Of a stretch of DNA of 64,000 nt, positions 20,129 through 29,795 are shown piece after piece (positions within the stretch are counted from its first letter, which is position 1; the number at the start of each line of letters is the position of its first letter). Below the pieces are notes generated by a model. It did not search any database, had not been told where the DNA came from, and saw nothing but the letters and a program-made list of their open reading frames with translations. The position numbers and the translations under genes are program-made. The DNA comes from Candidatus Magasanikbacteria bacterium GW2011_GWA2_56_11 (GTDB taxonomy: Bacteria > Patescibacteriota > Patescibacteriia > Magasanikbacterales > UBA922). The DNA lies in the NCBI GenBank assembly GCA_001004885.1, contig LCRX01000003.1, forward strand, positions 1,650 to 65,649, read 5' to 3'.

Positions 20129-22435
20129 ATGAGGTACTATTCGCGCTTCTACCCCCTATTTATGCCCCGTCGCCGCGAGTCTGCCCTCGATCCCACCCTT
20201 TCGCGTGGTATTATTGTCATTATTCTTGTCATCAGCGCGCTCATTATCGGCTTGAGCTTCTTCCACCGGGCCGGCGCTGTCGGCATCGCGCTTGATGAGT
20301 ATGTCTTGAGTTTCCTCTTTGGCGTCATGCGCTACGCCTCCCCCTTTGTCATCCTGCTCATTGCCTGGTTCCTCGTCAAAGACGTCGAGTACAACTATCG
20401 CCCCACCCACGGCCTGGGGGCGTTTCTCTTCTTTGTCTCGCTTTCCAGCCTTTTCCACCTAAAATTCGACCCTGCTCTCATGTGGAGAGAGGCTCTCTCC
20501 GGACATGGCGGCGGGATTTTCGGCCTGTTCGCCTGGGTTCTAAAAACTTATTTAGGGTCCATAGGCGGCATTATCGTCCTCGTCGGCCTGGCTTTGGTTT
20601 CGGTGATTCTCATGTTCAACACCTCAGTAACCGCGTTTATTCTGTTGCACCGAAAACTTTTCACTGGCCTCGGCGCGGGCGGCGTCGCCCTTGTTAACGG
20701 CGTAAAAAAACTCTTTGTCAAAAACCCGGGGCAGGTACAATTCCGTATCCGGGGAGATTATGCTGTAGCGGCCGAAGAGGAGCAAGATTCGGCCGAGGAA
20801 ACGCCAACGGCCACGGAGCGCGCTTTCCAGAAGAAATCCCTGGCTCCTGAGCGCGCGGAGAATGAAGATGACGACGGAGAAATGGACGAACAAACTGATA
20901 GCGAAGACACCAAACGGCCAAACCGGCCGGATGTATGGGCCAAGAAAGTCGTCATCCGCCAGCTTCCGCCGCTCGATCTCCTGTCGGACAAACGCAGCAA
21001 ACCCACGAGCGGCGACATCGAGGCCAACGCCGAGATCATCAAGGATACGTTCGAACAATTCGGCATCGATGTCGAAATGGGCGAAGTCCGCGTCGGCCCG
21101 ACAGTAACGCAGTACACGCTCAAGCCGGCCAAAGGCGTAAAGCTCTCGCGCATCACCGGTCTGAGCAACGACCTAGCGCTCTCTCTGGCGGCCCACCCGA
21201 TACGAATAGAGGCGCCGATTCCGGGAAAATCGCTGGTCGGCGTCGAGGTGCCCAACCAGCGCACGGCTCTAGTGAGCCTCAAAGAACTCCTCGAAGACAA
21301 AAACTTCAAACTGCGGCCCCACAACCTGATGCTGGCCCTGGGCAAAGACGTAGCCGGCAAAGTCTGGTTCGCGGATCTGCCCAAGATGCCCCACCTGCTG
21401 GTTGCCGGCGCGACCGGATCGGGGAAAACTGTCTGCGTGAACGCGGTGATTATGGGGCTTTTGTACCAAAATACGGCGGAGACGCTGCGTCTGATTATGG
21501 TGGACCCCAAACGAGTCGAGCTAACGCTGTACAACGGCATCCCCCATCTTCTGACGCCTGTCATCACCAACGTGCAAAAAACCGTTAACGCGCTCAAGTG
21601 GACGATTGGCGAAATGGAACGCCGGTTCGAGGTGCTGGCCACGGCCGGCAGCCGCGATATCACCTCGTACAACCAAAAAAATCCGGAAAACAAACTCCCC
21701 CATATTGTATTTATCATCGACGAGCTGGCCGACCTCATGGCTTCGGCCGCCAACGAGGTTGAGGCCGGCATCATCCGCCTGGCGCAAATGGCGCGCGCGG
21801 TCGGCATCCATCTGGTTCTCGCCACCCAGCGCCCCAGCGTGGATGTTATCACCGGCCTCATGAAAGCCAACATCCCGGCGCGGATCGCTTTCTCGGTGGC
21901 CTCGATAATCGATTCGCGCACGATTCTTGACTGTCCCGGCGCCGAAAAACTCCTGGGACGCGGCGACATGCTCTTCTCGTCGGCCGAGCTTTCCAAACCG
22001 GTGCGTATCCAGGGTGCCTATGTGTCCGAAGAAGAACTGAAACGCCTGTCCGAATACCTAAAAGGCGACGAGGAACCGGAATACGACGAATCCATCGTCG
22101 GACAAGCCGGCAACAACGGCACCATGAGCCTGTTTGGCGGCCCGAGCGATGATCAAGACCCGCTCTTTAACGAAACAAAAAATTACGTCATTCAGGCCGG
22201 CAAGGCGAGCGCCTCATTGATGCAGCGCCGTTTTAAGATCGGCTATGCCCGGGCCGCCAGAATTCTCGACGAACTTGAGGCCGCCGGTATTGTCGGCCCG
22301 GCTGACGGGGCCAAGCCTCGCGAAATTCTCGTGACAATCGGTGCTGGCAATGATACAATGGACTCTGGGCAAGAGTTGAACGTGTTCACCGACGCCGACA
22401 GCGAGTCCCAGGAAGAAAAACCCGGCCAGTTATAG
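20129..22435 (+). CDS. ftsK: DNA translocase FtsK/SpoIIIE (membrane N-terminus, acidic linker, ATPase, gamma domain)
   Basis: Walker A GATGSGKT, VMGLLYQ...LIMVDPK, IFIIDELADLM, plus the C-terminal winged-helix gamma domain. Confidence 0.85.
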   Translation: MRYYSRFYPLFMPRRRESALDPTLSRGIIVIILVISALIIGLSFFHRAGAVGIALDEYVLSFLFGVMRYASPFVILLIAWFLVKDVEYNYRPTHGLGAFLFFVSLSSLFHLKFDPALMWREALSGHGGGIFGLFAWVLKTYLGSIGGIIVLVGLALVSVILMFNTSVTAFILLHRKLFTGLGAGGVALVNGVKKLFVKNPGQVQFRIRGDYAVAAEEEQDSAEETPTATERAFQKKSLAPERAENEDDDGEMDEQTDSEDTKRPNRPDVWAKKVVIRQLPPLDLLSDKRSKPTSGDIEANAEIIKDTFEQFGIDVEMGEVRVGPTVTQYTLKPAKGVKLSRITGLSNDLALSLAAHPIRIEAPIPGKSLVGVEVPNQRTALVSLKELLEDKNFKLRPHNLMLALGKDVAGKVWFADLPKMPHLLVAGATGSGKTVCVNAVIMGLLYQNTAETLRLIMVDPKRVELTLYNGIPHLLTPVITNVQKTVNALKWTIGEMERRFEVLATAGSRDITSYNQKNPENKLPHIVFIIDELADLMASAANEVEAGIIRLAQMARAVGIHLVLATQRPSVDVITGLMKANIPARIAFSVASIIDSRTILDCPGAEKLLGRGDMLFSSAELSKPVRIQGAYVSEEELKRLSEYLKGDEEPEYDESIVGQAGNNGTMSLFGGPSDDQDPLFNETKNYVIQAGKASASLMQRRFKIGYARAARILDELEAAGIVGPADGAKPREILVTIGAGNDTMDSGQELNVFTDADSESQEEKPGQL

Positions 22436-22488
22436 ACAAAAGCACGGATCAAAAAAGACTTTGTTAATCCGCTGCCCGTTTCGCGATT

Positions 22489-23196
22489 ATGCCGCCTTTC
22501 ACCAAAAAATCCCTCACCTCTCCTTACCGGGTCTGCTTGCGTCTCAAGCAGGCGCGCGAAGAAAGAGGGGTATCCCTGGAGGCGATTGCGGAAAAGACGA
22601 AAATAAACAAGTGTTACCTGGCGGCGCTAGAAGAGTGCCGTTTCGACGATCTCAAACTGCCCCCGCTCTATCAGAAAAATTTTGTCAAAAAATACGTCTC
22701 CGCCCTGGGGCTGGATCCGGAGCCGTACGTAACCCAGTTTTTTATTGAGGAACTCGACCTGTCCGACCGCAGCGACTGTCACCCCAAAAAAACGCCGCGC
22801 TTGTCCAGCTTGAGCAACCTGCCCCGCCTGCTGCGGGCCGGCGCCGTGGGCCTCATTACGCTCGTCCTCGTTCTTTACCTGGGCCTCCAGGTAAAGAATA
22901 CCCTCGAACCGCCGCGCCTGGCGCTCTCCTCGCCCTTGAACGGATTCATCGCCCACAAAAATTCGATCGCCATCATCGGCGCCACCGATCCGGAAGTAAA
23001 GGTATCAATCAACGGCCAGCAGATAAAAAGCGATGAAACCGGACGCTTCAACGAGTCGGTTACCCTCAACCCCGGCATTAACACGATAGTTGTTTCAGCC
23101 GAAAAAAAACACGGCCAAATAACGGAGGAAACACGCCATATTATATACAAACAGACAGACCGGTTTAGCCTCACGGACAGCCCGGAAGATGGTTGA
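22489..23196 (+). CDS. RodZ-like protein: N-terminal HTH, one TM segment, C-terminal domain
   Basis: An XRE-type HTH (LRLKQAREERGVSLEAIAEKTKINKCYLAALE) followed by a hydrophobic segment. Confidence 0.5.
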   Translation: MPPFTKKSLTSPYRVCLRLKQAREERGVSLEAIAEKTKINKCYLAALEECRFDDLKLPPLYQKNFVKKYVSALGLDPEPYVTQFFIEELDLSDRSDCHPKKTPRLSSLSNLPRLLRAGAVGLITLVLVLYLGLQVKNTLEPPRLALSSPLNGFIAHKNSIAIIGATDPEVKVSINGQQIKSDETGRFNESVTLNPGINTIVVSAEKKHGQITEETRHIIYKQTDRFSLTDSPEDG

Positions 23197-23221
23197 CGGC
23201 CAGCCCCGGGCAGAGTATTAT
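23193..23221 (+). promoter_or_regulatory. Candidate recA promoter (TTGACG-17 bp-TATTAT)
   Basis: TTGACGgccagccccgggcagagTATTAT lies about 115 nt upstream of the recA ATG. Confidence 0.45.
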
Positions 23222-23234
23222 AGAGGTGTAATAT

Positions 23235-23256
23235 ACAGAGAGTAACTACTCTCTGT
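23235..23256. promoter_or_regulatory. Palindrome acagagag-taacta-ctctctgt just downstream of the -10; candidate repressor (SOS-type) operator
   Basis: A perfect 8-bp inverted repeat at about +6 to +27 relative to the predicted start site. Confidence 0.3.
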
Positions 23257-23335
23257 TTTAAATCGCGGAGAAGGCTGCCGAGCCAACCTTGAAACGTCTT
23301 CTCCAGAAAAAGAGCGCCTTAATTTTTCATGAAAT

Positions 23336-24418
23336 ATGGCAAAAATTTCCGAAGAACAAAATCTGAAACTGAAAGCCGCCGCTTCGGCCATTGACCAAAT
23401 AAAAGAAAAATACGGCGAAAACGCGATCATGCGCTTCGGCGAGGCTGAGCGGAGCAACGTGGACTCCATCTCTACCGGTTCGCTCTCCCTGGATATCGCG
23501 CTCGGGGTCAAGGGCGTACCGCGCGGCCGGGTGATCGAAATTTTCGGACCGGAGGCCAGCGGCAAAACCACCCTAGCCCAGCATATTATCGCCGAGGTGC
23601 AGAAAAAAGGCGGCATCGCCGCGTTTGTGGACGCCGAGCACGCCCTAGACCCGGACTACGCGCGCAAAATCGGCGTGGACGTGGATAATCTGCTTATCTC
23701 GCAGCCCGACACGGGCGAACAAGCGCTCGAGATCGTCGAAACGCTGGTGCGCTCGAACGCCGTCGACGTCATTGTCGTGGACTCGGTCGCCGCGCTCGTG
23801 CCCAAAGCCGAAATCGAAGGCGAAATGGGCGAGTCCCACATGGGGCTCCAGGCCCGGCTCATGAGCCAGGCTCTGCGCAAGCTCACCGGCGTCGTGAGCA
23901 AAACCAAAACAGTCGTGATATTCATCAACCAAATCCGCCATAAGATCGGCGTCTTTTTCGGCAACCCCGAAACGACGACCGGCGGTACGGCGCTTAAATT
24001 CTACTCCTCGGTGCGCATCGAGGTGCGCCGGGCCGCTCAGATCAAGCAGGGCGACAAGATTATCGGCAACCGCGTCAAAGCGAAGGTAGTAAAAAATAAA
24101 GTGGCCGCGCCGTTCCGCACCACTGAATTCGACATCATGTACAACGAAGGTATTTCCACCTCGGGCGATACCCTCGACACGGCCGTTCTCCACCGGATAA
24201 TCGCCAAAACCGGCAACAGCTACAGCTTCGGCGAGGAAAAGCTCGGCGTCGGCCGGGAAAAAGCCAAGCAGTACCTGCGTGAAAATCCGGCGCTCTTGAA
24301 GGCTATCTCTGACAAAGTTTGGGAGGCCGTCGAACGCGGCGAGGCGCCGGAAGAGGAGAAAGGACGCCCCGGAGTCGCCGAAGAAATTGGCGACGAGGCG
24401 CCGGCTCCGCTCGAGTAA
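23336..24418 (+). CDS. recA: Recombinase RecA
   Basis: [11 protein letters not shown] (Walker A), [26 protein letters not shown] are all present. Confidence 0.95.
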   Translation: MAKISEEQNLKLKAAASAIDQIKEKYGENAIMRFGEAERSNVDSISTGSLSLDIALGVKGVPRGRVIEIFGPEASGKTTLAQHIIAEVQKKGGIAAFVDAEHALDPDYARKIGVDVDNLLISQPDTGEQALEIVETLVRSNAVDVIVVDSVAALVPKAEIEGEMGESHMGLQARLMSQALRKLTGVVSKTKTVVIFINQIRHKIGVFFGNPETTTGGTALKFYSSVRIEVRRAAQIKQGDKIIGNRVKAKVVKNKVAAPFRTTEFDIMYNEGISTSGDTLDTAVLHRIIAKTGNSYSFGEEKLGVGREKAKQYLRENPALLKAISDKVWEAVERGEAPEEEKGRPGVAEEIGDEAPAPLE

Positions 24419-24422
24419 TGAA

Positions 24423-24449
24423 AATCACCGGCTTGAGCCGGTGATTTTG
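24423..24449 (+). terminator. Rho-independent terminator downstream of recA (atcaccggc-ttga-gccggtgat then TTTTG)
   Basis: A perfect 9-bp hairpin followed by a T-tract. Confidence 0.7.
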
Positions 24450-24461
24450 TTCTTCGCTTTG

Positions 24462-26372
24462 TTAAGAAAAAATCTTAGCTACCTCCACGCCGGAATAGTA
24501 GTACTTAATCAAAGCCACCCAATCCAGTCCCTCCTCTTCTGCCCGGATAGCCGCATCCCGCTGGCTCATGCCCACCCCGTGGCCGTAAAGGCGTTTGCCG
24601 TCACGCTTGTCGTAGGTAGCCGGCACGGAAACCAACCAGGGTTTATGGCTGCCGCCCCAGACTTCGGTCCAACTCAAAGTCCGTCCGCCGGTGTTGCCGA
24701 AATAAGGCGTGATGACGATGTCGTTGTCATAAGTTACCATGTAGCCGCGGGTAGCCTTGGCAGACTCGACGAAACGCGGCATAATCCGCTCGCTTTCGTA
24801 ACCTAGGTAGAGCTGATCGCCCGTAGTAGCGACCACATCGAAATTACGCGTGTCGTGTTTTGAACTCTGCTCCTTGATGTAGTAGGCATAGGTCCGCTGG
24901 GCCACTGCCTGAGACTTGAGGTACTCCAAGGGAGAACTATTGGCATTCTCGCCAATGCCGTTTACATAGTCCTCCAAAAGCAGATCGTTGATAACATAAA
25001 GAGTGCTGCCGTCTTTGGTCAGCCGGTACTCGATCGCTCCGCGATAGGCGTTAAAATTGCGGCTGCCTTTCCAGGAAACCTCCCGGCTGTAATTCAAAAG
25101 CGTAAACACGGCCCGGGCGTCCGCGGCCGGTTCGAGGCGAATGTAGCGCCCAGTGGCAAATTCCATCCCGCCGCCTTTGAATGAATACTGCCCGTCCGCG
25201 AAGCTCAAAAAGCCTACTTTATTTTTTTCTAATACGCCGACCAAATCCGTGCCGTCGTACACATTGTAATCATCATCATAGGAGACAAACTGCACCGTAG
25301 CATCGGGTTTGTAGAGTCCGACCCTAATACGCGGCTCCGCGGACAAGCGCGGCGTCTCTGCCGGCGGCTCGACGGCGTCCTCCCCGGGAAAAATCGGATC
25401 GGCATAATGCGTCGGGGCGTCTTCGGTGACTGTTACCGGAATACTGAAAGCCCCGCCTTCCACCGGCGCATCATTTGCCTTTAGTTCAAAACTGGCGGTA
25501 TACGAGCCCCGAACGCGCGGCGCGCGGAATAAAAATGTCTCACGCAAAATACTGCCCGGACCGATATTCCCTTCGCGGGCAAGCACCAAAGACCGACCCT
25601 GCCAGGCAGAGTCGGCAAACGACGGCGAAACCGAGGCCAAGGCAGTGGCTCCGCCCGGGACCAGAGTGTATTTTGGCCAGGCCGCCGTGCCGGTGTTTTG
25701 AAAACCGACTACTATCTTGACCTGTTCCCCGCCGACTGCCGTTACTGCTTTGCGACTCAGGATAAAACGGCTGGCGCGGTAGGCTGTCTGCGGACTCGAA
25801 ACACTGTCAGCCGGAACATTGGCCGGCAAATCCGACGGCAGCGGTGGCGCCGGTTTTGCGGTTGCCGCGGTTACTTTAATCTGTAAATAGAAATAACCGC
25901 CCTTAACCCAAGTATGGTTCTCGGCGGCCAGATAAAATCGCTCGGTGTAATCGCCCGGCTTGGACGGCGCGACCAAATCAATAATTAATTCTCCGGTCTG
26001 GCCAGGATTGGTAATGCCGGCTAACTTTCCGGTCTGCCCGGCAGAGAGCCAGGATCTCCCCCTAAACTCGGACGCGCGGTAGCGTGGCTCCATGGTATAG
26101 GCGGAAATAAAGCGGCTGCCCGAGGAGTTCCAAACGGTCGTACCGGTATTTTTAAACTTAATGGCCACGCTTTTCGTCTCGCCGGCGGCCAGGACAATCG
26201 GATCGGGCACAGACTGAGACACGTACTTGGCCGCGTAGCCAGTGTCTTTGACCGCAACCTCCGGCTCGGCGGCCATGGCTGGCAGACTCAGCAGGATCAG
26301 GACTAGGCTAACCAAAGTCAAATAAATCCACCGCAGTGGACTTAAGGGGCTTTTTTTGCTAAGATAACGCAT
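24462..26372 (-). CDS. Secreted SpoIID/LytB-domain protein with N-terminal Ig-like repeats
   Basis: Signal peptide MRYLSKKSPLSPLRWIYLTLVSLVLILLSLPAMA. The C-terminal SpoIID domain carries YVNGIGENANSSPLEYLKSQAVAQRTYAYY and GHGVGMSQ. Confidence 0.7.
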   Translation of the reverse strand: MRYLSKKSPLSPLRWIYLTLVSLVLILLSLPAMAAEPEVAVKDTGYAAKYVSQSVPDPIVLAAGETKSVAIKFKNTGTTVWNSSGSRFISAYTMEPRYRASEFRGRSWLSAGQTGKLAGITNPGQTGELIIDLVAPSKPGDYTERFYLAAENHTWVKGGYFYLQIKVTAATAKPAPPLPSDLPANVPADSVSSPQTAYRASRFILSRKAVTAVGGEQVKIVVGFQNTGTAAWPKYTLVPGGATALASVSPSFADSAWQGRSLVLAREGNIGPGSILRETFLFRAPRVRGSYTASFELKANDAPVEGGAFSIPVTVTEDAPTHYADPIFPGEDAVEPPAETPRLSAEPRIRVGLYKPDATVQFVSYDDDYNVYDGTDLVGVLEKNKVGFLSFADGQYSFKGGGMEFATGRYIRLEPAADARAVFTLLNYSREVSWKGSRNFNAYRGAIEYRLTKDGSTLYVINDLLLEDYVNGIGENANSSPLEYLKSQAVAQRTYAYYIKEQSSKHDTRNFDVVATTGDQLYLGYESERIMPRFVESAKATRGYMVTYDNDIVITPYFGNTGGRTLSWTEVWGGSHKPWLVSVPATYDKRDGKRLYGHGVGMSQRDAAIRAEEEGLDWVALIKYYYSGVEVAKIFS

Positions 26373-26458
26373 AACAAGCGTATCATCAATACCTTTGTAG
26401 TATAGCAAAATTTGGGCCGCTCGGCAATTGTTTTTTATTGATGAGGTAGCGTAAACCT

Positions 26459-27886
26459 ATGTCTCTCAGCCGCCAAATCGCCTGGAATACACTCGTCCAA
26501 ATCATTGGCAAGATAGCCTCCACTGGCCTCGGGCTCGTGGCTCTGGGCATGATGACCCGCTATTTAGGCACCGAACAGTTCGGCTGGTATACGACCGTAA
26601 TCAGTTTTTTGGGATTTGCCGGCATTGTGATTGATTTGGGTTTAATCCCGGTCAGCGCGCAGATGTTTGGCGAGGCCAAATACGGCCAAACAACACTGCT
26701 CCAGAACCTCATTGCTTTTCGCCTTGTCACCGCCGTCATCTTCTTTGGACTCGCCCCTGGGCTGGCCTGGTTTATGCCGTATCCGGAAGAAGTTAAAATC
26801 GCTATCAGTTTTACCACTATTTCTTTTCTGGCAATAGCGGTAAACCAGGTCCTGACCGGTTTCTACCAAAACGAACTGAAAATGCACCTGCCGGTGATCG
26901 GCGAGAATATCGGCCGGGTGGTGCTCGTGGCCGGACTGTGGCTGCTCATGCGCGAAGGCGCCTCGTTTTTGCCCCTCATGGCCGTCATTTCACTCTCCAG
27001 CGTCGCCTACACCGCTTTCCTGTGGATCGCGGCAGCCAGAATCCGGCCGGCCAGCCTGGCCTACGATCCTGTAATCTGGAAAGACATTCTTAAAAAAAGC
27101 TGGCCCATAGCCGTTTCCATTATATTCAATGTCATCTATCTCAAGGGCGACATTCTGCTTTTGAGCCTTTACCGGCCGCAAGCCGAGGTTGGGGTCTATG
27201 GCGCCGCCTACCGCGTGCTCGACATTCTTTCCCAGACCGCGATGATGATCATGGGCGTGATGCTGCCACTTTTGGCCGCGGCCTGGACGCAGGGCAAAAA
27301 AGAAGATTTTCGCGCCCGCTATCAAACCTCGTTCAACGTGATGATGCTCTTGGCCGTGCCGGCGCTGGTCGGGATCATGGTGCTCTCCGTCCCGATCATG
27401 CGCCTGGTTGCCGGCGCCGAGTTCGAATACGCGCTTTCCGGCCGCGTACTCGCCATCCTGGCCCTGGCTGTTTTTGGGCTTTACCTTGGCGCCGTGTTCG
27501 GGCATGCCGCCGTGGCTATAAACAAACAGAAGGCGACTATGTGGATATATATTTCCGATGCCCTGATTACGCTTTGCGGTTATCTTATCGTCATCCCGCG
27601 CTACGGCCTGTGGGGCGCCGCCTGGATGACAGTCTTCTCCGAAGTCTACGCCGGCCTCCTATTGGCGTACGTGGTCGGCCGCCATGTAAAACACAAACTG
27701 CGCCTCATAACTTTGGGCAAGATTATCCTGGGGAGCGGCCTCATGGGCCTATGCCTTTTGGCGGTCCGCGACTGGCCGGTGCTCGGAGCCGTGGCTCTGG
27801 GTATCGCCATCTATACCGGCGCGATCTACCTGCTCAGAGCCGTGCCTCGTGAAACCCTGCGCGAGGTATTTTCGCGCGCCCCTTAA
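26459..27886 (+). CDS. MOP-superfamily polysaccharide/oligosaccharide flippase (Wzx-like), about 14 TM
   Basis: Polytopic membrane protein with the typical flippase N-terminus QIAWNTLVQIIGKIASTGLGLVALGMMTRYLG. Confidence 0.65.
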   Translation: MSLSRQIAWNTLVQIIGKIASTGLGLVALGMMTRYLGTEQFGWYTTVISFLGFAGIVIDLGLIPVSAQMFGEAKYGQTTLLQNLIAFRLVTAVIFFGLAPGLAWFMPYPEEVKIAISFTTISFLAIAVNQVLTGFYQNELKMHLPVIGENIGRVVLVAGLWLLMREGASFLPLMAVISLSSVAYTAFLWIAAARIRPASLAYDPVIWKDILKKSWPIAVSIIFNVIYLKGDILLLSLYRPQAEVGVYGAAYRVLDILSQTAMMIMGVMLPLLAAAWTQGKKEDFRARYQTSFNVMMLLAVPALVGIMVLSVPIMRLVAGAEFEYALSGRVLAILALAVFGLYLGAVFGHAAVAINKQKATMWIYISDALITLCGYLIVIPRYGLWGAAWMTVFSEVYAGLLLAYVVGRHVKHKLRLITLGKIILGSGLMGLCLLAVRDWPVLGAVALGIAIYTGAIYLLRAVPRETLREVFSRAP

Positions 27887-28007
27887 AACTACCGCGACTG
27901 GCTTTTGATCTGATATTGTATGCGGGCAGACGCGAGTTCCTGGCCCAGATAGCCGGGTTTGCCCGCGAGGAGATTGATTTTGAGTAACTGCTCCGGCCTT
28001 CGAACTT

Positions 28008-28052
28008 GGGATTATAAATGAGCCGGCTATTAGCTGGCTCATTTATAATCCC
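28008..28052 (+). promoter_or_regulatory. 20-bp-stem hairpin in the rpsD 5' leader (candidate S4 autoregulatory structure, or flippase terminator)
   Basis: gggattataaatgagccggc-tatta-gctggctcatttataatccc, about 100 nt upstream of the rpsD ATG, with no T-tract. Confidence 0.3.
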
Positions 28053-28152
28053 AACGGCTGGATCTTGCCAGCCGGAGGGCAAACTACGCCCCAGATTGAA
28101 ATCCGGTGCCGCCAAACCGTATACTGGATATATACCTTCATTACTTGTCATT

Positions 28153-28707
28153 ATGGCCAAAGGACTCCGACACAAACTCGGCCAGCATTGGCCGACCAAA
28201 CCGCTCGACCGGAACAAAACCGCCCGCAAACCGGTGCGGGAAAAATTGGACATGGAAAAATGCCAACAGGAAAAGGACAAACTCAGGACCCTGTACGACA
28301 TCGGGGAAAACGAACTCAAACGTTACGTAAAAAAAGCCATCCTCTCGCCCGAAGATGACGCCGAACATTTGCTGCGCAAACTGGAGCTGCGCCTCGACAC
28401 CGTCGTCTACCGCCTGGGCTTCGCCGCCACCCACGCCGGCGCCTGCGAACTCATCAAAAGCGGACACGTATCGGTAAACAACGTTATTTTGGACACCCCG
28501 TCATTCCCGGTGGCGCATCACGACCAGGTGGCGTGCAAACAAACGTCGCTCCAGCAAGCGCTCGTCAAGGCCGGAGCGCCGCCCTTGCCGCCCTGGCTCA
28601 CGCGCGAGGGACTGGCCGGCTCGGTGCGGCATCTGCCGTCGCTGCACGAGCTGCGGCGGCGTGATGTAGATATTAACTGCGTACTGGAATACTACGCCGT
28701 CATTTGA
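28153..28707 (+). CDS. rpsD: 30S ribosomal protein S4 (divergent N-terminus lacking the usual Zn-finger cysteines)
   Basis: S4 domain LELRLDTVVYRLGFAATHAGACELIKSGHVSVNN and the S4-like C-terminal end DVDINCVLEYYAV. Confidence 0.75.
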   Translation: MAKGLRHKLGQHWPTKPLDRNKTARKPVREKLDMEKCQQEKDKLRTLYDIGENELKRYVKKAILSPEDDAEHLLRKLELRLDTVVYRLGFAATHAGACELIKSGHVSVNNVILDTPSFPVAHHDQVACKQTSLQQALVKAGAPPLPPWLTREGLAGSVRHLPSLHELRRRDVDINCVLEYYAVI

Positions 28708-29131
28708 GCGCCGCCGCCAAAGCCTGCTCTATCGAGAGCATCTCCGGCGAAGCGGGCGCGAGAATGTAACTCTTTTCCGAACCATTTTTTTCGAGCTCGA
28801 TAAGACCAGAAGTCAGCCTCCTGTTATCTATATGCGCCGCGGTATTTTGGACGCCGCTCTCGAGACGCGACACAATATCCGCGTACTCAGTCTCAGCGAT
28901 GGCCTTCCGGACCGGCTCCCCGCCGCTGTAAACGCCGCTCGAACTCTGGGACGATTTCACCGGCACATATTCCAACTGTTTCTGTTTTCCGCCGGTAATA
29001 ACATAAGTGTTGCCGCTGCCGTCGGAGTAGCGGTAGACGGGAGCGGAGGCGCGGAGACAGCCGGAAAGAAAGACGAGACTTAGACCGATAAAAAATAAAG
29101 TGGACAAACTCCTCAAGGTCGAACTGGCCAT
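28700..29131 (-). CDS. Hypothetical lipoprotein (lipobox LSGC)
   Basis: Signal peptide plus Cys: FFIGLSLVFLSGC. Confidence 0.45.
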   Translation of the reverse strand: MASSTLRSLSTLFFIGLSLVFLSGCLRASAPVYRYSDGSGNTYVITGGKQKQLEYVPVKSSQSSSGVYSGGEPVRKAIAETEYADIVSRLESGVQNTAAHIDNRRLTSGLIELEKNGSEKSYILAPASPEMLSIEQALAAALK

Positions 29132-29162
29132 ATTTTCTAGAATAGATTATCTAATGCCGCCT

Positions 29163-29729
29163 CTACTCGGTCTGCAAATACCGGCGGTTTTTGTACAACC
29201 TAAAGCTGTAGGCCGTCCCAAGCAAAGAAACAATAAACATAGCCGCAAACACCGCCCGAAAATCGTAAATGTTGGCCAGATAGCCGCCGGCCAGAGCGGC
29301 CGCGGCAGTTACGATGTAGCTCATGGCCTCCCAAGCGCCCCAGTTCGAGGCCTCGTGTTTGGCTTTCACATAGTGGGAGTAGACGGCGTCAAAGGCCGGA
29401 TCGAGCAGCGCGACCGACAGGCCGAGCACGGCCTGGGTGGCCATGAGAGTGGCCTGATTAAATACAAATATGTACATGAGGCAGCCCAGACTGGTGATGG
29501 CGTAACCGATGACCACGAACTTCTCCTTATGTTTGGAACGGTCTTCCCAGCGGCTCAAGAGATACATAACGGCGCCGGCGGTGATCATGTAGACAAAGTA
29601 GGCCCAACTCGCGTCTAATATGTCGCCGCCGATTTCTTCGACGAAGATAGCGTAAATAGGACCGATCATGCCCAGGGAGAAGTCAATCAAAGCGTCGGCG
29701 AGAAGAAGAACTTTGAGGCCGTTTTTCAT
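29163..29729 (-). CDS. Small 6-TM membrane protein (MFS-like half transporter)
   Basis: Hydrophobicity pattern only. Confidence 0.4.
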   Translation of the reverse strand: MKNGLKVLLLADALIDFSLGMIGPIYAIFVEEIGGDILDASWAYFVYMITAGAVMYLLSRWEDRSKHKEKFVVIGYAITSLGCLMYIFVFNQATLMATQAVLGLSVALLDPAFDAVYSHYVKAKHEASNWGAWEAMSYIVTAAAALAGGYLANIYDFRAVFAAMFIVSLLGTAYSFRLYKNRRYLQTE

Positions 29730-29795
29730 AGCGGCGGCGCGGTTCTAGATAAATATCCTACAGTATACTACAATAAAGCCGGTTAGCGGTACTCT

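Noticed and set aside
20758-21996. 412-aa minus-strand ORF inside ftsK
   Set aside because: It is antisense to the conserved FtsK ATPase domain, and its composition is Ser/Arg/Ala-rich garbage.
28018-28152. N-terminal extension of the rpsD ORF (MSRLLAGSFIIP...) and mirrored minus-strand ORFs 27749..28042 and 27834..28319
   Set aside because: They are produced by the 45-bp palindrome. The S4 homology begins only at the ATG at 28153.
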